The notes: generated by a model not told the origin, from the sequence alone. A DNA stretch of 64,000 nucleotides from Bacteroidales bacterium (GCA_034003345.1 JAVEYS010000007.1:3593-67592); one strand, 5' to 3'; shown: positions 18,349-31,040, counted from the stretch's first letter. Numbers and translations are program-made.

Positions 18349-21300
18349 TTGCAGTTTTCTTTCCAAAATAAAGGTCTGTTGATCAGGGTGGGACTATTTA
18401 TTGTTCTGTCTATGATCACTATGACTCTTGGTGCCCAGAGCACTCCTGCCGATACGCTCCTGAAACTTAATGCAGACCCTGCATTCATCTGGGAGGCAAA
18501 GAGATCATCACCGCTCTTCCTGAATAATCCCTCAAATATCACTACCAGTGTTGAGTATGACGGCCGTAACAACCAGTATATCGTTTACCGGAAGGTTGGT
18601 GTTCTTGATTACCGCAGGCCGGTATACATGAGCCCGGACGAGTACCGCCGGTATGAGTTTGATCAGGCAATGCGTGAATACTGGGATGCCAGTCTGAGGG
18701 GTGATGCTACCGGCTTCAGATCTTCACTGATACCGCAGATAGAGGTGGGCGGTGAGACATTTGACAGGATATTTGGCAGCAACGTCATTAACATCGTTCC
18801 TCAGGGATCAGCCGAGCTGATATTCGGGATCAACATATCACATACCGAGAATCCCACTTTGTCTGAGCGACTGCGCACCATCCCTACCTTCGATTTCCAG
18901 GAGAAGATACAGATGAACGTCACCGGCACTATTGGTGACAAGATGCAGCTGGGAATAAACTACAATACTGAGGCGATGTTCGAGTTTGAGAACCGTACCA
19001 AGCTCGAGTACTCCGGCAAGGAGGATGAGATCATCAAAAAGATCGAGGCGGGCGATGTCACTCTGCCGCTTAACGGTACACTCATAACAGGCAGTTACAG
19101 CCTCTTCGGCCTTAAGACCGAGCTGCAATTCGGCAAACTGACGATGACCACCGTCTTCTCCCAGCAGAAGGGTGAGTCATCTGTGGTGGAGGTCAAGGGC
19201 GGATCACAGGTTAGTGAGTATGAGATAACGGTTGACAATTACGAGGCTAACCGTCACTTCTTTCTATCCCAGGAGTTCAAGGATAACTATGACGTTGCAC
19301 TGGTCAACCTTCCCATCGTAAGCAGCGGGTTGAACATAGAAAAGATTGAGGTATGGATCACCAACGAGACAAGCAGGTTCGAAGACGTTAGTAACCGTAA
19401 TATAGTCGCCTTCCTTGACCTGGCAGAGAACCAGGCAAACATCTTCAATAGTATACCGGCTTTCCAGGGTACACCCACTGCTTATGCAAACCCGGCAAAC
19501 AACAGCAATGGTCTCTATGAGCAACTGATTACCACCTACAGTACTGTGAGGAACATTGATCAGGTGGCAGATGCTTTTGCCCCACTCTATCCTGATTTTC
19601 AGATCGGCCGCGACTATGAGAAGATAGAAAATGCCCGCAAACTGACCGTGAACGAATATACGGTCAACAGTCAGCTGGGCTACATCTCGCTTAACATGGC
19701 ACTAAACAATGACGAGGTGCTGGCGGTTGCCTATGAATATACCTACAACGGAGAGGTGTTCAAGGTAGGGGAGTTCTCAACTGACGGCATCACTGCTCCC
19801 GACGCCCTCATCCTCAAGCTGATCAAGGGCACCACCCTGAGCCCGAAGATTCCTACCTGGGAACTGATGATGAAGAATATTTACAACATAGGGTCAGGCC
19901 GTATAGAGGCAAATAACTTTGAGGTTAACATCCTCTACCAGGATGATAAAACCGGCAATGCCCTGAATTATCTCCCCGGCACACCTCTTGACGGTCAGGT
20001 TCTTCTTCAGGCGCTGGGCCTTGATCAGCTAAATTCACAGCTCGACAGGGAGCCCGACGGACTCTTTGACTTTGTTGACGGCATCACCGTGATGGCCGAT
20101 AAGGGACGTATTATCTTCCCGGTGCTGGAGCCTTTCGGACGCCATCTGCTAAAGTACATATCTGACCCGGAGCAGATAAGAAAGTATGTTTTCACAGAGC
20201 TTTATGACTCAACCCAGACAGTGGCCAGGCAGATGGCTGAAAAGAATAAGTATCTTCTTAGCGGGCAGTATACTTCGGCATCAAGCTCGGAGATAAGACT
20301 GAATGTGGCAAACATCCCGGAGGGCTCAGTAAAGGTGACCGCAGGAGGTGTGACCCTGACGGAGAATGTTGATTACACCGTTGATTACAACATGGGTACA
20401 GTAAAGATCATCAACACAGCCATCATTGAGTCGCAGACACCTGTGCAGGTCTCCCTTGAGAGCAACCAGTTTTTCGGTCTGCAGACAAAAACGCTTCTTG
20501 GCACTCACCTGAACTATCGCTTCTCTGACAATTTCACCCTGGGGGGCACAGTACTCAGACTGACAGAGAAGCCCTATACACAGAAAGTCACCTATGGTGA
20601 GGATCCCATCTCGAACACCATTTACGGTTTTGATGCCTCATACCATGCTGAGTCACCCTTTCTGACCAACGCTATCGACTGGTTGCCATTCATTGAGACC
20701 AAGGCACCTTCATCGGTCAATTTTTTTGGTGAGTTTGCTCACCTGGTGCCCGGACACAGTAAGGCAATCACTTCCGAGGGCGCAGTATATATTGATGATT
20801 TTGAAGCCAGCGAGATATCTCTTGACCTGAGAGCATTCAATGCCTGGTCACTGGCAAGTGTTCCCCAGGGGCAGGATCTCTTTTTCCCTGAGGCGCAGCT
20901 GAGTAAGGATATAAGATCAGGCTTTAACAGGGCACTTATGGCATGGTATGTCATTGACCCTCTGTTCCTGCGCAACGGATCAACCACCCCTGATCACATC
21001 AGGGCGGACCCCGACCTTCAGTCGAGCCATTTTGTCAGAGAGATCTACGAGACAGAGATCTTCCCTTACAAGGAGTCTGCCAGCGGCATACCAACGAACA
21101 TCTCTGTCCTGAACGTAGCCTTCTATCCCAATGAGAGAGGCCCGTATAACTTTGACGTTCTCACCAGTCCCTACTCTGCGGGCCTCAATTCTGACGGTCT
21201 GCTCAATTCTCCACGTACACGGTGGGGAGGCATGATGAGGGAGCTGCTCACCAACGACTTTGAGTCTGCCAATATTCAGTACCTCAAGTTCTGGGTCATG

Positions 21301-24300
21301 GATCCCTTTGTTGAGAACACCGACCATGAGGGTGGCGATCTCTATTTTAACCTTGGCAATATCTCTGAAGACATACTGCGTGATTCAAGAAAACAGTTTG
21401 AGAATGGCCTGCCCACTTCGTCACTGTTGGTGAACGTAGACACTACCGTTTGGGGACTTGTACCTACCGTTCAGGCTGTGGTGCAGGCCTTTGACAATAA
21501 CATTGAGTCGCGCCTGTACCAGGATGTGGGGCTTGACGGGCTTGGCTACGAGAATGAGGTGTCATTCTTTGACAGTTACCTCCAGGCTGTGGGTGCTGTT
21601 GTCAGTCCCGAGGTGCTTGACAAGATCTTCCTCGATCCGGCTAACGACGATTTTCACTATTTCAGGGGATCTGATTATGACCTGCTTCAGCTGGGCATCC
21701 TCGAGAGATACAAGAAATTTAACGGCACCGACGGCAACTCACCCACCTCAGAGATGTCTGACGAATCATACCCCACCAGTGGTTCCACACTGCCTGACAT
21801 GGAAGATATTAACCGTGATAACACCCTGAGTGAGACTGAGAGCTACTATCAGTATCATGTTAGCCTCAGGCCGGAGGACATGGTGGTGGGCAGCAACTTC
21901 ATTGTTGATGAGCTTGAATATACAGCCACCTTTGCCAACGGTGATAAGTCGCCCGTAAAATGGTACCAGTTCAAGATACCTATCACTGACTATGAGAGGG
22001 TGGTGGGCTCAATAAGCGACTTTAAGTCGATCAGGTTCCTCAGAATGTTCATGCGTAATTTTGACGAGGAGATTGTCATGCGCTTTGCACGCCTGGAACT
22101 GGTCAGATCAGAGTGGCGCAAGTATAACCTGACCTTCTTCGAGGGGGGTGAGCGAATTACTATTCCTGAGGATGAGGATGGCACATTTGAGATAAGCTCG
22201 GTGAGCATAGAGGAGAATGCAGGCAAGGAGCCTGTCAACTATGTTCTGCCTCCAGGCTTCGACCGTGTTATTGACCCGGCAAACCCGTCACTGACACAGC
22301 TCAATGAACAGTCTATGGTGCTGAAAGTACTGGATCTCGAAGACGGCGACGCCAGAGCTACCTATAAGACCGTTACCCTTGATATGCGGCAGTACAAGAG
22401 GCTGAAGCTGGAGGTTCATGCAGAAGCGCTCATAGGAGAGCCACTGCTTGATGATGAAGTGACGGTTTTTTTGAGACTTGGATCAGACTACCTCAGCAAC
22501 TTCTACGAGTATGAGATACCTCTGAAGCTCACCCCTGCCGGGACCTACAATAATGACAATGAGGAGCAGAGGGCAATAGTGTGGCCGGAAGATAACAAGA
22601 TTGATATAGAACTGTCCGATCTTCTGGATGCCAAGCAGGCACGCAATGCGGCTATGAATCTGTCTGGCTCCAGCCTGAGCGAGGCGGATATTTATTCGAC
22701 ATATGTTGATAACGCCCGTATATCCGTGAGCGGCAATCCGAACCTGAGCAATATAAGGATTGTGATGGTAGGTGTAAGGAATCCTATCAAGAGCCGGGAT
22801 CCCCTGAATGATGACGGAGCATCCCATTCTGCAGAGGTATGGATCAACGAATTACGACTGAGCGATTTCAAGGAAGATGGCGGATGGGCGGCCAACGCAC
22901 AGTTACAGGCTAAACTGGCTGACCTGGGTACTATCAACCTGGTAGGGCAGACAAGCACACCCGGATGGGGAAGCATTGACAAGAACGTCAGTGAGCGAAG
23001 CATGGAGCAAGTGGTACAGTATGATCTGTCGTCCAACCTCGAACTGGGTAAGTTCTTCCCTGAGGAAGCAGGCTTACGTATACCTGTCTATATGGGATAC
23101 TCTGAGAGCCGCATCACACCACAGTATGATCCATTTGACCCTGACATTCTGCTCAAAGATGTACTAGACAATACACAGAGTAAGACTGAAAGAGATTCTA
23201 TACTGAACCTTTCAGAGGATTATTCACGCCGCCGGACCCTTACCGTCAGCAATGCCGGGATAACATCAAGGGGAGAGAAGCCCCATGCCTGGGACCCTGC
23301 AAACGTGTCGGTAAACTATGCCTTCAACGAGGTCTACAGTACCGATCCCAATACAGAGGTCGATGTTGAGCGGACCTACCGCGGTGGAATAACATACGAC
23401 TTTGAGGCCAGACCAAAAAACTTCACTCCCTTCCAGAAGTCGCGGCTCTTCAGTTCACCGGCTTTCAGGCTGATAAAGGATTTCAACATCTACCTTTTCC
23501 CCAAGCATATCACTTTGCGTACAGACCTGTACAGGTATTACAATGAGGTTAAGACCCGCAATATCAGTAACCCGGGGCTTCTTATAGAACCGAACTTCAC
23601 CAAAGACTTCCGGTGGACAAGGTATTATGATATCAAGTATGACATCACCAAACAGTTGAAGGTTGACTTTACCGCCAGCAGCATAGCACGCATTGATGAG
23701 CCAGAGGGAGGAGTTGACAGGAGACGTTATCCTGAACTGTTTGACATATGGCGTGATTCAATTATGGCAAACCTGAGTGATTTCGGCCGCACTACCAATT
23801 ACTATCATCTGTTTAATTTCAACTACAATGTTCCTATCAACAAGCTGCCGCTACTGTCATGGGTGACCTCTAATGCACGTTACAGTGCGAGGTATGACTG
23901 GCTGGCAGGCACCATATTCGCCGATTCTCTTAACATCAAAACGGGCAATACCATCAAGAACTCAAATAACGGGCAGTTTACCCTTCAGGCCAATCTTACG
24001 AACCTCTATAACAAGGTGAAGTTTCTCAAGGAGATTGAGGTCTCCACCCAGCCCGGATCTAAACGCCGCATGAGTCTGGGTTATGAGGAGGTGACTCACA
24101 ACCGCAGGGGTTTGATATTCAAGGCAGGTAAAGCGCGTATTATCAATCACAATCTTAACACCAGAGATGTAACAGTCACTGTCACTGACCTCGACGGTAA
24201 TCCGGTAAGCGGCAAGTTTGATATCGTGTCGGAAGACCGGATAGACTATACCGCTGATGCTGACGTTACCAATGCTGTGGTAGTCATCAAGGGGAGGGTG

Positions 24301-25755
24301 GAGAAGAAACCGGGTATTGCCAGTATTGTGGGACGCTATACAATGCGAGGACTGATGGCCCTGCGTAATGTCTCAGCCACATATACCATTGAGCAGGGAA
24401 ACATACTGCCGGGATACCTGCCGGGAACCACGTTCATGGGTCAGCAGAACTACGGTGGCATGTCGTCACCCGGCTGGCGTTTTCTCCTCGGGCTCACTGA
24501 TGATCGATTCTTTGACGAGGCAGTTATCAATGGGTGGATCACCACAGACACCCTTCAAAATAATGCTGCTACATACAGCCAGCGTGAGCAGATCAATCTC
24601 AGGGCCAACGTTGAACCCTTTCCCGGTATGAGGATTGATCTCACCGCTGACCGCCGTTATTCAGAGACGGTGTCATCATACCTGAGAGCTGACAGTAACG
24701 GTAACTTCCCCGACAGCACAAGGAACACACGCATCACGGGTACCTTTTCCATATCAGTGGTCTCCTGGGGTACCGCCTTTGAGAAAATACCCAAGTCAGG
24801 CGATTATATCTCAGAGACCTTTGAACGGTTCCGCGATTATACGGCAATCATCTCTCAACGGAGGGGGCATGAGCGTGAGATGACCGACAACTCGTATGAT
24901 CCAAACTTCGATCCGCTCACCGGCGAGCAGGTCACCGGAGCTTATACCAGCGGTTACGGTATCACATCGAGTGAGGTTCTCGTGCCTGCATTCCTTGCTG
25001 CCTATACTAAGAGAGACCCGGAGAAGATATCCCTCTCACCCTTCCCCTCCATGCTGCATATGATGCCTAACTGGAGGATAAACTTTGAAGGGCTGACGAA
25101 ATTCGAGGCAGTGAGGAAAATATTTAACTCGGTGAGCCTCTCTCATCAGTACCGTTCAACATATACCATCGGCTCGTTCAATACGAGTCTCTATTATGAC
25201 CCGGATGCAACGGGTATAAGCATTATACGTGACCTGAAGTCAAATTTTATCCCTCAATATGAGATCAACACGGTCACTATCAATGAACAGTTCAGTCCAT
25301 TCATAAACATTGACCTGGGATGGAAAAACTCTCTGACGACAAGGTTCGAATACCGGAAGTCGCGCACCATAACCCTCAATCTGACCAGCAACCAGATAGC
25401 TGACATAAGGAATGATGAGATTACCATTGGTGCAGGATACAGGTTCGACAATGTGGCCATCACGTTGCGTTCACGCACCGGTCAGCGTGCTCTTGAGAGT
25501 GATCTTAATCTGAAGCTGGATCTCTCAATCAGGGACAACAAAACAATGGCACGTAAGCTGATAGAGGAGGTCAACCAGCCCGTTTCCGGTCAGAGGGTCT
25601 TCACCATCGGGGCAACAGCCGACTATGTCCTGAGTGACCGGTTCAACCTGCAGATTTATGCTGATCATACTATGAACGATCCGTTTGTTGCCAATACCTT
25701 CCTTACTTCCAATACCAACGTTGGCTTCAGCCTTAGATTTACTCTGGTTCAGTGA
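18349..25755 (+). CDS. sprA: T9SS translocon / gliding motility protein SprA (Sov)
   Basis: 2468-aa giant beta-barrel protein with a signal peptide and overall SprA-like sequence. TTG start; the exact start is uncertain within ~40 nt. Confidence 0.85.
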   Translation: MQFSFQNKGLLIRVGLFIVLSMITMTLGAQSTPADTLLKLNADPAFIWEAKRSSPLFLNNPSNITTSVEYDGRNNQYIVYRKVGVLDYRRPVYMSPDEYRRYEFDQAMREYWDASLRGDATGFRSSLIPQIEVGGETFDRIFGSNVINIVPQGSAELIFGINISHTENPTLSERLRTIPTFDFQEKIQMNVTGTIGDKMQLGINYNTEAMFEFENRTKLEYSGKEDEIIKKIEAGDVTLPLNGTLITGSYSLFGLKTELQFGKLTMTTVFSQQKGESSVVEVKGGSQVSEYEITVDNYEANRHFFLSQEFKDNYDVALVNLPIVSSGLNIEKIEVWITNETSRFEDVSNRNIVAFLDLAENQANIFNSIPAFQGTPTAYANPANNSNGLYEQLITTYSTVRNIDQVADAFAPLYPDFQIGRDYEKIENARKLTVNEYTVNSQLGYISLNMALNNDEVLAVAYEYTYNGEVFKVGEFSTDGITAPDALILKLIKGTTLSPKIPTWELMMKNIYNIGSGRIEANNFEVNILYQDDKTGNALNYLPGTPLDGQVLLQALGLDQLNSQLDREPDGLFDFVDGITVMADKGRIIFPVLEPFGRHLLKYISDPEQIRKYVFTELYDSTQTVARQMAEKNKYLLSGQYTSASSSEIRLNVANIPEGSVKVTAGGVTLTENVDYTVDYNMGTVKIINTAIIESQTPVQVSLESNQFFGLQTKTLLGTHLNYRFSDNFTLGGTVLRLTEKPYTQKVTYGEDPISNTIYGFDASYHAESPFLTNAIDWLPFIETKAPSSVNFFGEFAHLVPGHSKAITSEGAVYIDDFEASEISLDLRAFNAWSLASVPQGQDLFFPEAQLSKDIRSGFNRALMAWYVIDPLFLRNGSTTPDHIRADPDLQSSHFVREIYETEIFPYKESASGIPTNISVLNVAFYPNERGPYNFDVLTSPYSAGLNSDGLLNSPRTRWGGMMRELLTNDFESANIQYLKFWVMDPFVENTDHEGGDLYFNLGNISEDILRDSRKQFENGLPTSSLLVNVDTTVWGLVPTVQAVVQAFDNNIESRLYQDVGLDGLGYENEVSFFDSYLQAVGAVVSPEVLDKIFLDPANDDFHYFRGSDYDLLQLGILERYKKFNGTDGNSPTSEMSDESYPTSGSTLPDMEDINRDNTLSETESYYQYHVSLRPEDMVVGSNFIVDELEYTATFANGDKSPVKWYQFKIPITDYERVVGSISDFKSIRFLRMFMRNFDEEIVMRFARLELVRSEWRKYNLTFFEGGERITIPEDEDGTFEISSVSIEENAGKEPVNYVLPPGFDRVIDPANPSLTQLNEQSMVLKVLDLEDGDARATYKTVTLDMRQYKRLKLEVHAEALIGEPLLDDEVTVFLRLGSDYLSNFYEYEIPLKLTPAGTYNNDNEEQRAIVWPEDNKIDIELSDLLDAKQARNAAMNLSGSSLSEADIYSTYVDNARISVSGNPNLSNIRIVMVGVRNPIKSRDPLNDDGASHSAEVWINELRLSDFKEDGGWAANAQLQAKLADLGTINLVGQTSTPGWGSIDKNVSERSMEQVVQYDLSSNLELGKFFPEEAGLRIPVYMGYSESRITPQYDPFDPDILLKDVLDNTQSKTERDSILNLSEDYSRRRTLTVSNAGITSRGEKPHAWDPANVSVNYAFNEVYSTDPNTEVDVERTYRGGITYDFEARPKNFTPFQKSRLFSSPAFRLIKDFNIYLFPKHITLRTDLYRYYNEVKTRNISNPGLLIEPNFTKDFRWTRYYDIKYDITKQLKVDFTASSIARIDEPEGGVDRRRYPELFDIWRDSIMANLSDFGRTTNYYHLFNFNYNVPINKLPLLSWVTSNARYSARYDWLAGTIFADSLNIKTGNTIKNSNNGQFTLQANLTNLYNKVKFLKEIEVSTQPGSKRRMSLGYEEVTHNRRGLIFKAGKARIINHNLNTRDVTVTVTDLDGNPVSGKFDIVSEDRIDYTADADVTNAVVVIKGRVEKKPGIASIVGRYTMRGLMALRNVSATYTIEQGNILPGYLPGTTFMGQQNYGGMSSPGWRFLLGLTDDRFFDEAVINGWITTDTLQNNAATYSQREQINLRANVEPFPGMRIDLTADRRYSETVSSYLRADSNGNFPDSTRNTRITGTFSISVVSWGTAFEKIPKSGDYISETFERFRDYTAIISQRRGHEREMTDNSYDPNFDPLTGEQVTGAYTSGYGITSSEVLVPAFLAAYTKRDPEKISLSPFPSMLHMMPNWRINFEGLTKFEAVRKIFNSVSLSHQYRSTYTIGSFNTSLYYDPDATGISIIRDLKSNFIPQYEINTVTINEQFSPFINIDLGWKNSLTTRFEYRKSRTITLNLTSNQIADIRNDEITIGAGYRFDNVAITLRSRTGQRALESDLNLKLDLSIRDNKTMARKLIEEVNQPVSGQRVFTIGATADYVLSDRFNLQIYADHTMNDPFVANTFLTSNTNVGFSLRFTLVQ

Positions 25756-25814
25756 GAGGTATACGCAATGATGTAAAAAAAACGGTTGTCAGGCTTTAAA
25801 TAGTAAAAAAGATG

Positions 25815-25822
25815 TATTTTTG
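25815..25822 (+). promoter_or_regulatory. Bacteroidota -7 promoter box for gcvH
   Basis: TATTTTTG lies 46 nt upstream of the gcvH ATG. Confidence 0.4.
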
Positions 25823-25867
25823 CCTTCCCGAGAGATGAATATCGAAGTCTAACAAAAAAATTAAACA

Positions 25868-26248
25868 ATGAATGTTCCGGCAAATCTGAAGTACACCAAG
25901 GATCATGAGTGGGTTCTTGTAAAAGGCAATGAAGCTGTTGTAGGTATTACCGATTTTGCACAGCACGAGTTGGGCGATATCGTATTCATAGAGATAGAGA
26001 CAGTAGGAGAGAAGCTGGGTCACGGCGAAGTCTTTGGAACGGTTGAAGCCGTAAAGACTGTCTCAGATCTCTTCATGCCTGTAAGCGGCTCTGTTACCGA
26101 AAAGAATGAGGAGCTTGACGCAACTGCCGAGCTTGTCAACACCGATCCCTACGGCAAGGGCTGGATGGTTAAGGTAGAGATGGATGATCCCTCGGAACTG
26201 GATGAGCTTCTGGATGCCGAAGCATACAAGAAACTGATAGGGGCATAA
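25868..26248 (+). CDS. gcvH: glycine cleavage system protein H
   Basis: 126 aa. YTKDHEWV, lipoyl-lysine motif VEAVKTVSD. Confidence 0.95.
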   Translation: MNVPANLKYTKDHEWVLVKGNEAVVGITDFAQHELGDIVFIEIETVGEKLGHGEVFGTVEAVKTVSDLFMPVSGSVTEKNEELDATAELVNTDPYGKGWMVKVEMDDPSELDELLDAEAYKKLIGA

Positions 26249-26264
26249 ATAACCTCAAAATAAG

Positions 26265-26297
26265 ATAAAAAAAAGCTGCCCGGGCAGCTTTTTTTAT
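26265..26297. terminator. bidirectional rho-independent terminator (gcvH / infB)
   Basis: A8-AGCTGC-CCGG-GCAGCT-T7. Symmetric and placed between the convergent genes. Confidence 0.75.
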
Positions 26298-26329
26298 TTG
26301 AGATATACCAACCAAACGGTGGCAAAAAA

Positions 26330-29260
26330 CTAAAGTGTCTTTTTGATCTGTACTGTCTTGTATCCTTCAATGACGTCTCCGGTTTCAATATCATTGAAAC
26401 CATCAATGTTCAGACCACACTCATAACCGGAGCTTACCTCCTTGACGTCATCCTTGAAGCGCTTGAGTGAACCGAGATCACCGGTATAGATCACAATTCC
26501 GTCACGGATGATCCTTACTTTGGTGTTACGGGTTATCTTGCCTTCACGAACGAAGCATCCGGCAATGGTGCCTACTTTGCCTATATCGAAAGTTTCACGT
26601 ACTTCAACTGTTGCTATTATCTCTTCCTTTATCTCGGGTGATAGCATACCTTCCATTGCAGCCCTTATCTCTTCTATGGCGTCATAGATGATTGAATAGA
26701 GGCGTATGTCAATACCTTCCTTCTCTGCCAGCTTTCTTGCACTGAGTGACGGTCTCACCTGGAAACCAACCACCACGGCATTGGATGCAGCGGCAAGCAA
26801 AATGTCAGATTCGGAAATCTGCCCTACGGCTTTGTGTATGATATTGACCTGTATCTCCTCTGTGGATAGTTTGATAAGTGAGTCGCTCAGAGCTTCCACT
26901 GATCCGTCAACGTCACCCTTGACAATAATGTTGAGCTCCTGGAAGTTGCCTATCGCTATGCGTCGTCCGATCTCATCAAGAGTTATATGTTTCTGTGTAC
27001 GCAGTCCCTGCTCTCTTTGCAGCTGAGCTCTCTTGGTGGCTATCTCCTTGGCCTCCTTGTCGGAGTCCATGACGTTGAACTTGTCACCTGCCTGAGGCGC
27101 TCCGTTGAGTCCGAGGATGAGCACCGGCGTTGAGGGGCCTGCCTCTGAGATCTTCAGGTTGCGTTCGTTATACATCGCCTTGACATGGCCGTAGCAACTT
27201 CCGGCAATGACCACATCTCCCAGCTTCAATGTTCCCCCTTTGACAAGAATCGTTGCCACAAATCCCCTTCCCTTGTCAAGAGATGACTCAATAACAGTGC
27301 CCAGGGCGTGTTTGTCAGGATTGGCTTTCAGTTCGAGGAGTTCAGCCTGAAGGAGGATCTTCTCGAGGAGCAGGTCGATATTGGTACCGCTTTTAGCAGA
27401 AATCTCCTGAGACTGGTATTTGCCACCCCACTCTTCTACCAGGAAGTTCATGGTTGCCAGTTCCTCCCTTATCTTATCAGCATTAGCGGAGGGTTTATCT
27501 ATCTTATTTATGGCGAATATTATTGGCACACCTGCCGCGTGAGCGTGGTTTATTGCTTCACGTGTCTGAGGCATTACGCCGTCATCAGCGGCTACTACTA
27601 TGATGACAATATCAGTTATCTGCGCACCTCTTGCACGCATGGCCGTAAAGGCTTCGTGACCAGGGGTATCGAGGAAGGTTATTATCTTGTCATTGTCGAG
27701 CAATACACTGTATGCTCCAATGTGCTGTGTTATACCTCCTGCCTCACCGGCGATGACGTTAGTGTTACGTATATAATCAAGCAGCTTGGTTTTGCCGTGG
27801 TCTACATGCCCCATGACTGTCACAATGGGAGGGCGTGGCGTGAGGTTTACCTCTTCGTCCTCCTCTTCTTTGACCGCCTCCTGCAGCTCAGCGCTGACAA
27901 ACTCAACTGTAAAGCCGAACTCTTCAGCCAGCATTGCCATCGTCTCTGCGTCCAGTCTCTGGTTGATAGATACTATCAGACCGAGGCTCATGCAAGTGGA
28001 GATAATGTCTACGACTGGCACCTCCATCATTGTTGCCAGCTCGTTGACAGATACAAATTCAGTGACCTTGAGAACGGTCTTTTCGAGCTCCTTCTTTACA
28101 GTCTCATCCTTTATCCTTTGGCTGACAGCATCACGCTTGTCACGCCGGTGTCTGGCTACCTTCGACTTACTCTTGCTCATCAGCAGGTTGACGTCTCTGA
28201 TGTTCTTGTCAACACCTATCTTGTCAACTTCAGGCCTGAGAGCACGGAATGACTTCTTCCTGTCACTGCGATGATCTCTTGGGGGACTCTTCTTGTCTTT
28301 CCTGGCCTCAGAAGAGGGTGGCTGTGTTGAATCAAGAGCCACCTTCTCGCGGACTTTTGGCTTGATCCGCTCTCTTTTCTTTTCATGTCTCTTACGTGCC
28401 TCAGCTGACTGCTCGCGGGTCTTCTTGATCTCAGGTACCAGTATAATCTTGTCAATAATTTTTGGTCCTGCAAGCTTCTCATATCCCGGACGGAATATCA
28501 CAGTCTCGGTGGGCACCGGTGGTATCACCGGAGTCTCCTCCTGCTCTTTGGGCTTCTCTGCCACAGGTTTCTGCTTTTCCGTCACCTTTTCGGGCTTAAC
28601 CTCTTCTGCTTCGGCAGTCTCTTTCTTTACTGCGCTTTTCCTGGATGCTTTCCTGGTTTTTGCGTTCAGCTTATCAAGGTCTACCTTGCCTACCACCTTG
28701 GGCTGCTTCTGTTCTGCCTGCTCAACAGGGGCAACAGGCTCAGGAGTTGGTTCAGGAACAGGCTCGGGAGTTGGTTCAGGAGTTGGTTCGGGAGTTGGTT
28801 CAGGCGATGCCGGGGTCTTCTCAGCAGGAGTTTCAGGCTCTTTATTTACCGGTTTGGCGGGAGGCGTGAGATCAACCCTGCCAACAGTCTTTACTTCAGG
28901 TTTGCGTATCTCGGTGCGAAGATCAATATGCTGCTTGACTCCTGAGACATCAGTGATAAGAATCTCCTCCTCAGGTTCACTGGCTTCACCCTCTCTCCCT
29001 GGCTCCATATCTTCTATCGAAAGAGACATTTTGGGTGTAATCTTTTCTTTGAGAGCCAGTTTCTCGGCGTCCTTCTTGACACTGAGGTCACCGCTGTATT
29101 CCTTGACTATCAGTGTATATGCCTCAGGCGGAATTTTACAGTTAGGATCATGCGAAATGTCGAATCCCTTTTTGTGGAGGAACTCGACAATGGTTTGAAT
29201 CCCAACATTAAATTCGCGGGCTGCCTTGCTTAAACGTATGGCTTTCTTGTCTTCAGTCAT
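26330..29260 (-). CDS. infB: translation initiation factor IF-2
   Basis: 976 aa. [13 protein letters not shown] and NKID G-domain motifs. N-terminal low-complexity region with (PEPT/PEPV)n. Confidence 0.95.
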   Translation of the reverse strand: MTEDKKAIRLSKAAREFNVGIQTIVEFLHKKGFDISHDPNCKIPPEAYTLIVKEYSGDLSVKKDAEKLALKEKITPKMSLSIEDMEPGREGEASEPEEEILITDVSGVKQHIDLRTEIRKPEVKTVGRVDLTPPAKPVNKEPETPAEKTPASPEPTPEPTPEPTPEPVPEPTPEPVAPVEQAEQKQPKVVGKVDLDKLNAKTRKASRKSAVKKETAEAEEVKPEKVTEKQKPVAEKPKEQEETPVIPPVPTETVIFRPGYEKLAGPKIIDKIILVPEIKKTREQSAEARKRHEKKRERIKPKVREKVALDSTQPPSSEARKDKKSPPRDHRSDRKKSFRALRPEVDKIGVDKNIRDVNLLMSKSKSKVARHRRDKRDAVSQRIKDETVKKELEKTVLKVTEFVSVNELATMMEVPVVDIISTCMSLGLIVSINQRLDAETMAMLAEEFGFTVEFVSAELQEAVKEEEDEEVNLTPRPPIVTVMGHVDHGKTKLLDYIRNTNVIAGEAGGITQHIGAYSVLLDNDKIITFLDTPGHEAFTAMRARGAQITDIVIIVVAADDGVMPQTREAINHAHAAGVPIIFAINKIDKPSANADKIREELATMNFLVEEWGGKYQSQEISAKSGTNIDLLLEKILLQAELLELKANPDKHALGTVIESSLDKGRGFVATILVKGGTLKLGDVVIAGSCYGHVKAMYNERNLKISEAGPSTPVLILGLNGAPQAGDKFNVMDSDKEAKEIATKRAQLQREQGLRTQKHITLDEIGRRIAIGNFQELNIIVKGDVDGSVEALSDSLIKLSTEEIQVNIIHKAVGQISESDILLAAASNAVVVGFQVRPSLSARKLAEKEGIDIRLYSIIYDAIEEIRAAMEGMLSPEIKEEIIATVEVRETFDIGKVGTIAGCFVREGKITRNTKVRIIRDGIVIYTGDLGSLKRFKDDVKEVSSGYECGLNIDGFNDIETGDVIEGYKTVQIKKTL

Positions 29261-29325
29261 ATATAACTTTATGATAACCTCTGTAAGTAAGTTTGTATAT
29301 TTTGTTGCTTCTCCCTTGAGTACTG

Positions 29326-30570
29326 TTATTCCTTTTCAAATTCTGACCTGAGAACATTAACAACCTCTTTAATCGTCTCCTCTTCCAGGTCTGTTCTCTT
29401 GACCAGGTCATGCACTGTGAGCCTGAGCACACTCCGTGCTGTATCACAACCGATAGCCTTGAGCTCATCAATTACCCATCCTTCTATCTCATCTGCAAAC
29501 TCATCAAGGCTGACATCCTCCTCATCTTCATTGTCCGGCTCGCGGTAGACCTCTATGTCATATCCGGTGAGTTGTCCGGCCAGCTTGATGTTTAATCCGC
29601 CCTTGCCGATGGCAAGTGACACCTCGCTGGGCTTGAGATATATCTCAGCTTTCTTATCTGCCTCAATCAGCCTTATGGAAGTGAGCTTGGCTGGGTTCAG
29701 AGCTCTGGTGATGAAGAGCTGTATGTTTGAAGTATAGTTTATTACGTCTATATTCTCGTTGCGCAGCTCACGCACAATGCCGTGAATCCTTGAGCCTTTC
29801 ATCCCAACACAGGCGCCAACGGGATCAATTCGTTCGTCATAGGATTCCACAGCCACTTTGGCCCTCTCGCCGGGTACCCTGACTATCTTCCTGATGGTGA
29901 TGAGACCGTCAAATATCTCAGGCACCTCGAGCTCAAAGAGTCTCTCGAGGAATACCGGGGAGGTACGGCTGAGGATGATGTTTGGTGTGTTGTTCTTCAT
30001 CTCCACCCTGATGACCACTGCGCGTATGGTGTCACCCTTGCGGAAATGGTCCGATGGGATCTGTTCACCCTTGGGCAGTATAAGCTCATTGCCATCGTCA
30101 TCGAGCACCAGCGTCTCGCGTTTCCACACCTGGTATACCTCACCGGTGACTATATCGCCTATGCGGTCCTTGTATTTCAGGTATATATTGTTCTTTTCAA
30201 GGTCAAGAATACGTGCCACGAGGTTCTGCCTCAGGGCCAGGATAGCTCTTCGACCGAAATCAAGGAACTTGACCTCATCAGAGACCTCTTCACCAACCTC
30301 GTAATCTTCATCAATCTTATGTGCCTCCGAAAGAGGTATCTGGGTAATGGGGTCAGTAAATCCCTCATCCTCCACTACCTCGCGGTTACGCCATATCTCG
30401 AAGTCGCCCTTGTCAATATTGACGATGATGTCAAAATTATCGGCTGAGCCGTATTTTTTGGCAAGCATACCCCTGAATACATCCTCCAGCACACTCATCA
30501 TGGTTGGCCTGTCAATATTCTTCAGCTCCTTGAACTCTGAAAAAGTATCTATAAGATTAACATTTTCCAT
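29326..30570 (-). CDS. nusA: transcription termination/antitermination factor NusA
   Basis: 414 aa. S1 plus two KH domains ([23 protein letters not shown]). Confidence 0.95.
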   Translation of the reverse strand: MENVNLIDTFSEFKELKNIDRPTMMSVLEDVFRGMLAKKYGSADNFDIIVNIDKGDFEIWRNREVVEDEGFTDPITQIPLSEAHKIDEDYEVGEEVSDEVKFLDFGRRAILALRQNLVARILDLEKNNIYLKYKDRIGDIVTGEVYQVWKRETLVLDDDGNELILPKGEQIPSDHFRKGDTIRAVVIRVEMKNNTPNIILSRTSPVFLERLFELEVPEIFDGLITIRKIVRVPGERAKVAVESYDERIDPVGACVGMKGSRIHGIVRELRNENIDVINYTSNIQLFITRALNPAKLTSIRLIEADKKAEIYLKPSEVSLAIGKGGLNIKLAGQLTGYDIEVYREPDNEDEEDVSLDEFADEIEGWVIDELKAIGCDTARSVLRLTVHDLVKRTDLEEETIKEVVNVLRSEFEKE

Positions 30571-30587
30571 TGCGATAATCTGTTCTG

Positions 30588-31040
30588 TTATTTGAATGAT
30601 ATAATTATTTTCACTGACTTAACATCCTCAAAATTAAATGATCTGACCGTTGTGACGATCTCTTTCTTCTTCTGTCTGGTCTCTGTCTTGAGGTCAAATC
30701 CTCCCTTGGTGACATTCATCAGGAGACCTTTCTCATGATCACCATCATTGGTTACTACATCAACCATCCGTCCCTCGTTGTTAATGTACTGCTGTTGCAC
30801 CAGAAGGGGCATATCAAGGCCGGGAGAAGATACGTTAAGATCATAGTCGCTCAACTCCTCACCGAGGTTATTACTTATCATCCTGCTTAGCGAAGCACAA
30901 TCTTCGATAGTCACGCCTTCGTTCTTGTCTATTATGACAGTAATACGGCCGGTGCTGCTTAGCCTGACATCCACAATGAATATTTCGGAGCCGCTTATGT
31001 GCTCTTCCGCAAGCTTCCTGATATGGTCTTTTGTAATCAC
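30588..31040 (-). CDS. rimP: ribosome maturation factor RimP
   Basis: 150 aa with a GTG start. Conserved position upstream of nusA, SSPGLD motif. Confidence 0.85.
   Translation of the reverse strand: MITKDHIRKLAEEHISGSEIFIVDVRLSSTGRITVIIDKNEGVTIEDCASLSRMISNNLGEELSDYDLNVSSPGLDMPLLVQQQYINNEGRMVDVVTNDGDHEKGLLMNVTKGGFDLKTETRQKKKEIVTTVRSFNFEDVKSVKIIISFK

Noticed and set aside
27308-29198. Long plus-strand ORFs (314, 162 and 301 aa) antisense to infB, and similar antisense ORFs inside sprA, the BNR protein, groEL and the lpx genes.
   Set aside because: They lie wholly within strongly supported genes on the other strand. Their sequences are low-complexity or Ser/Cys/Leu-rich, as expected of antisense frames, and they contain no recognisable domains.
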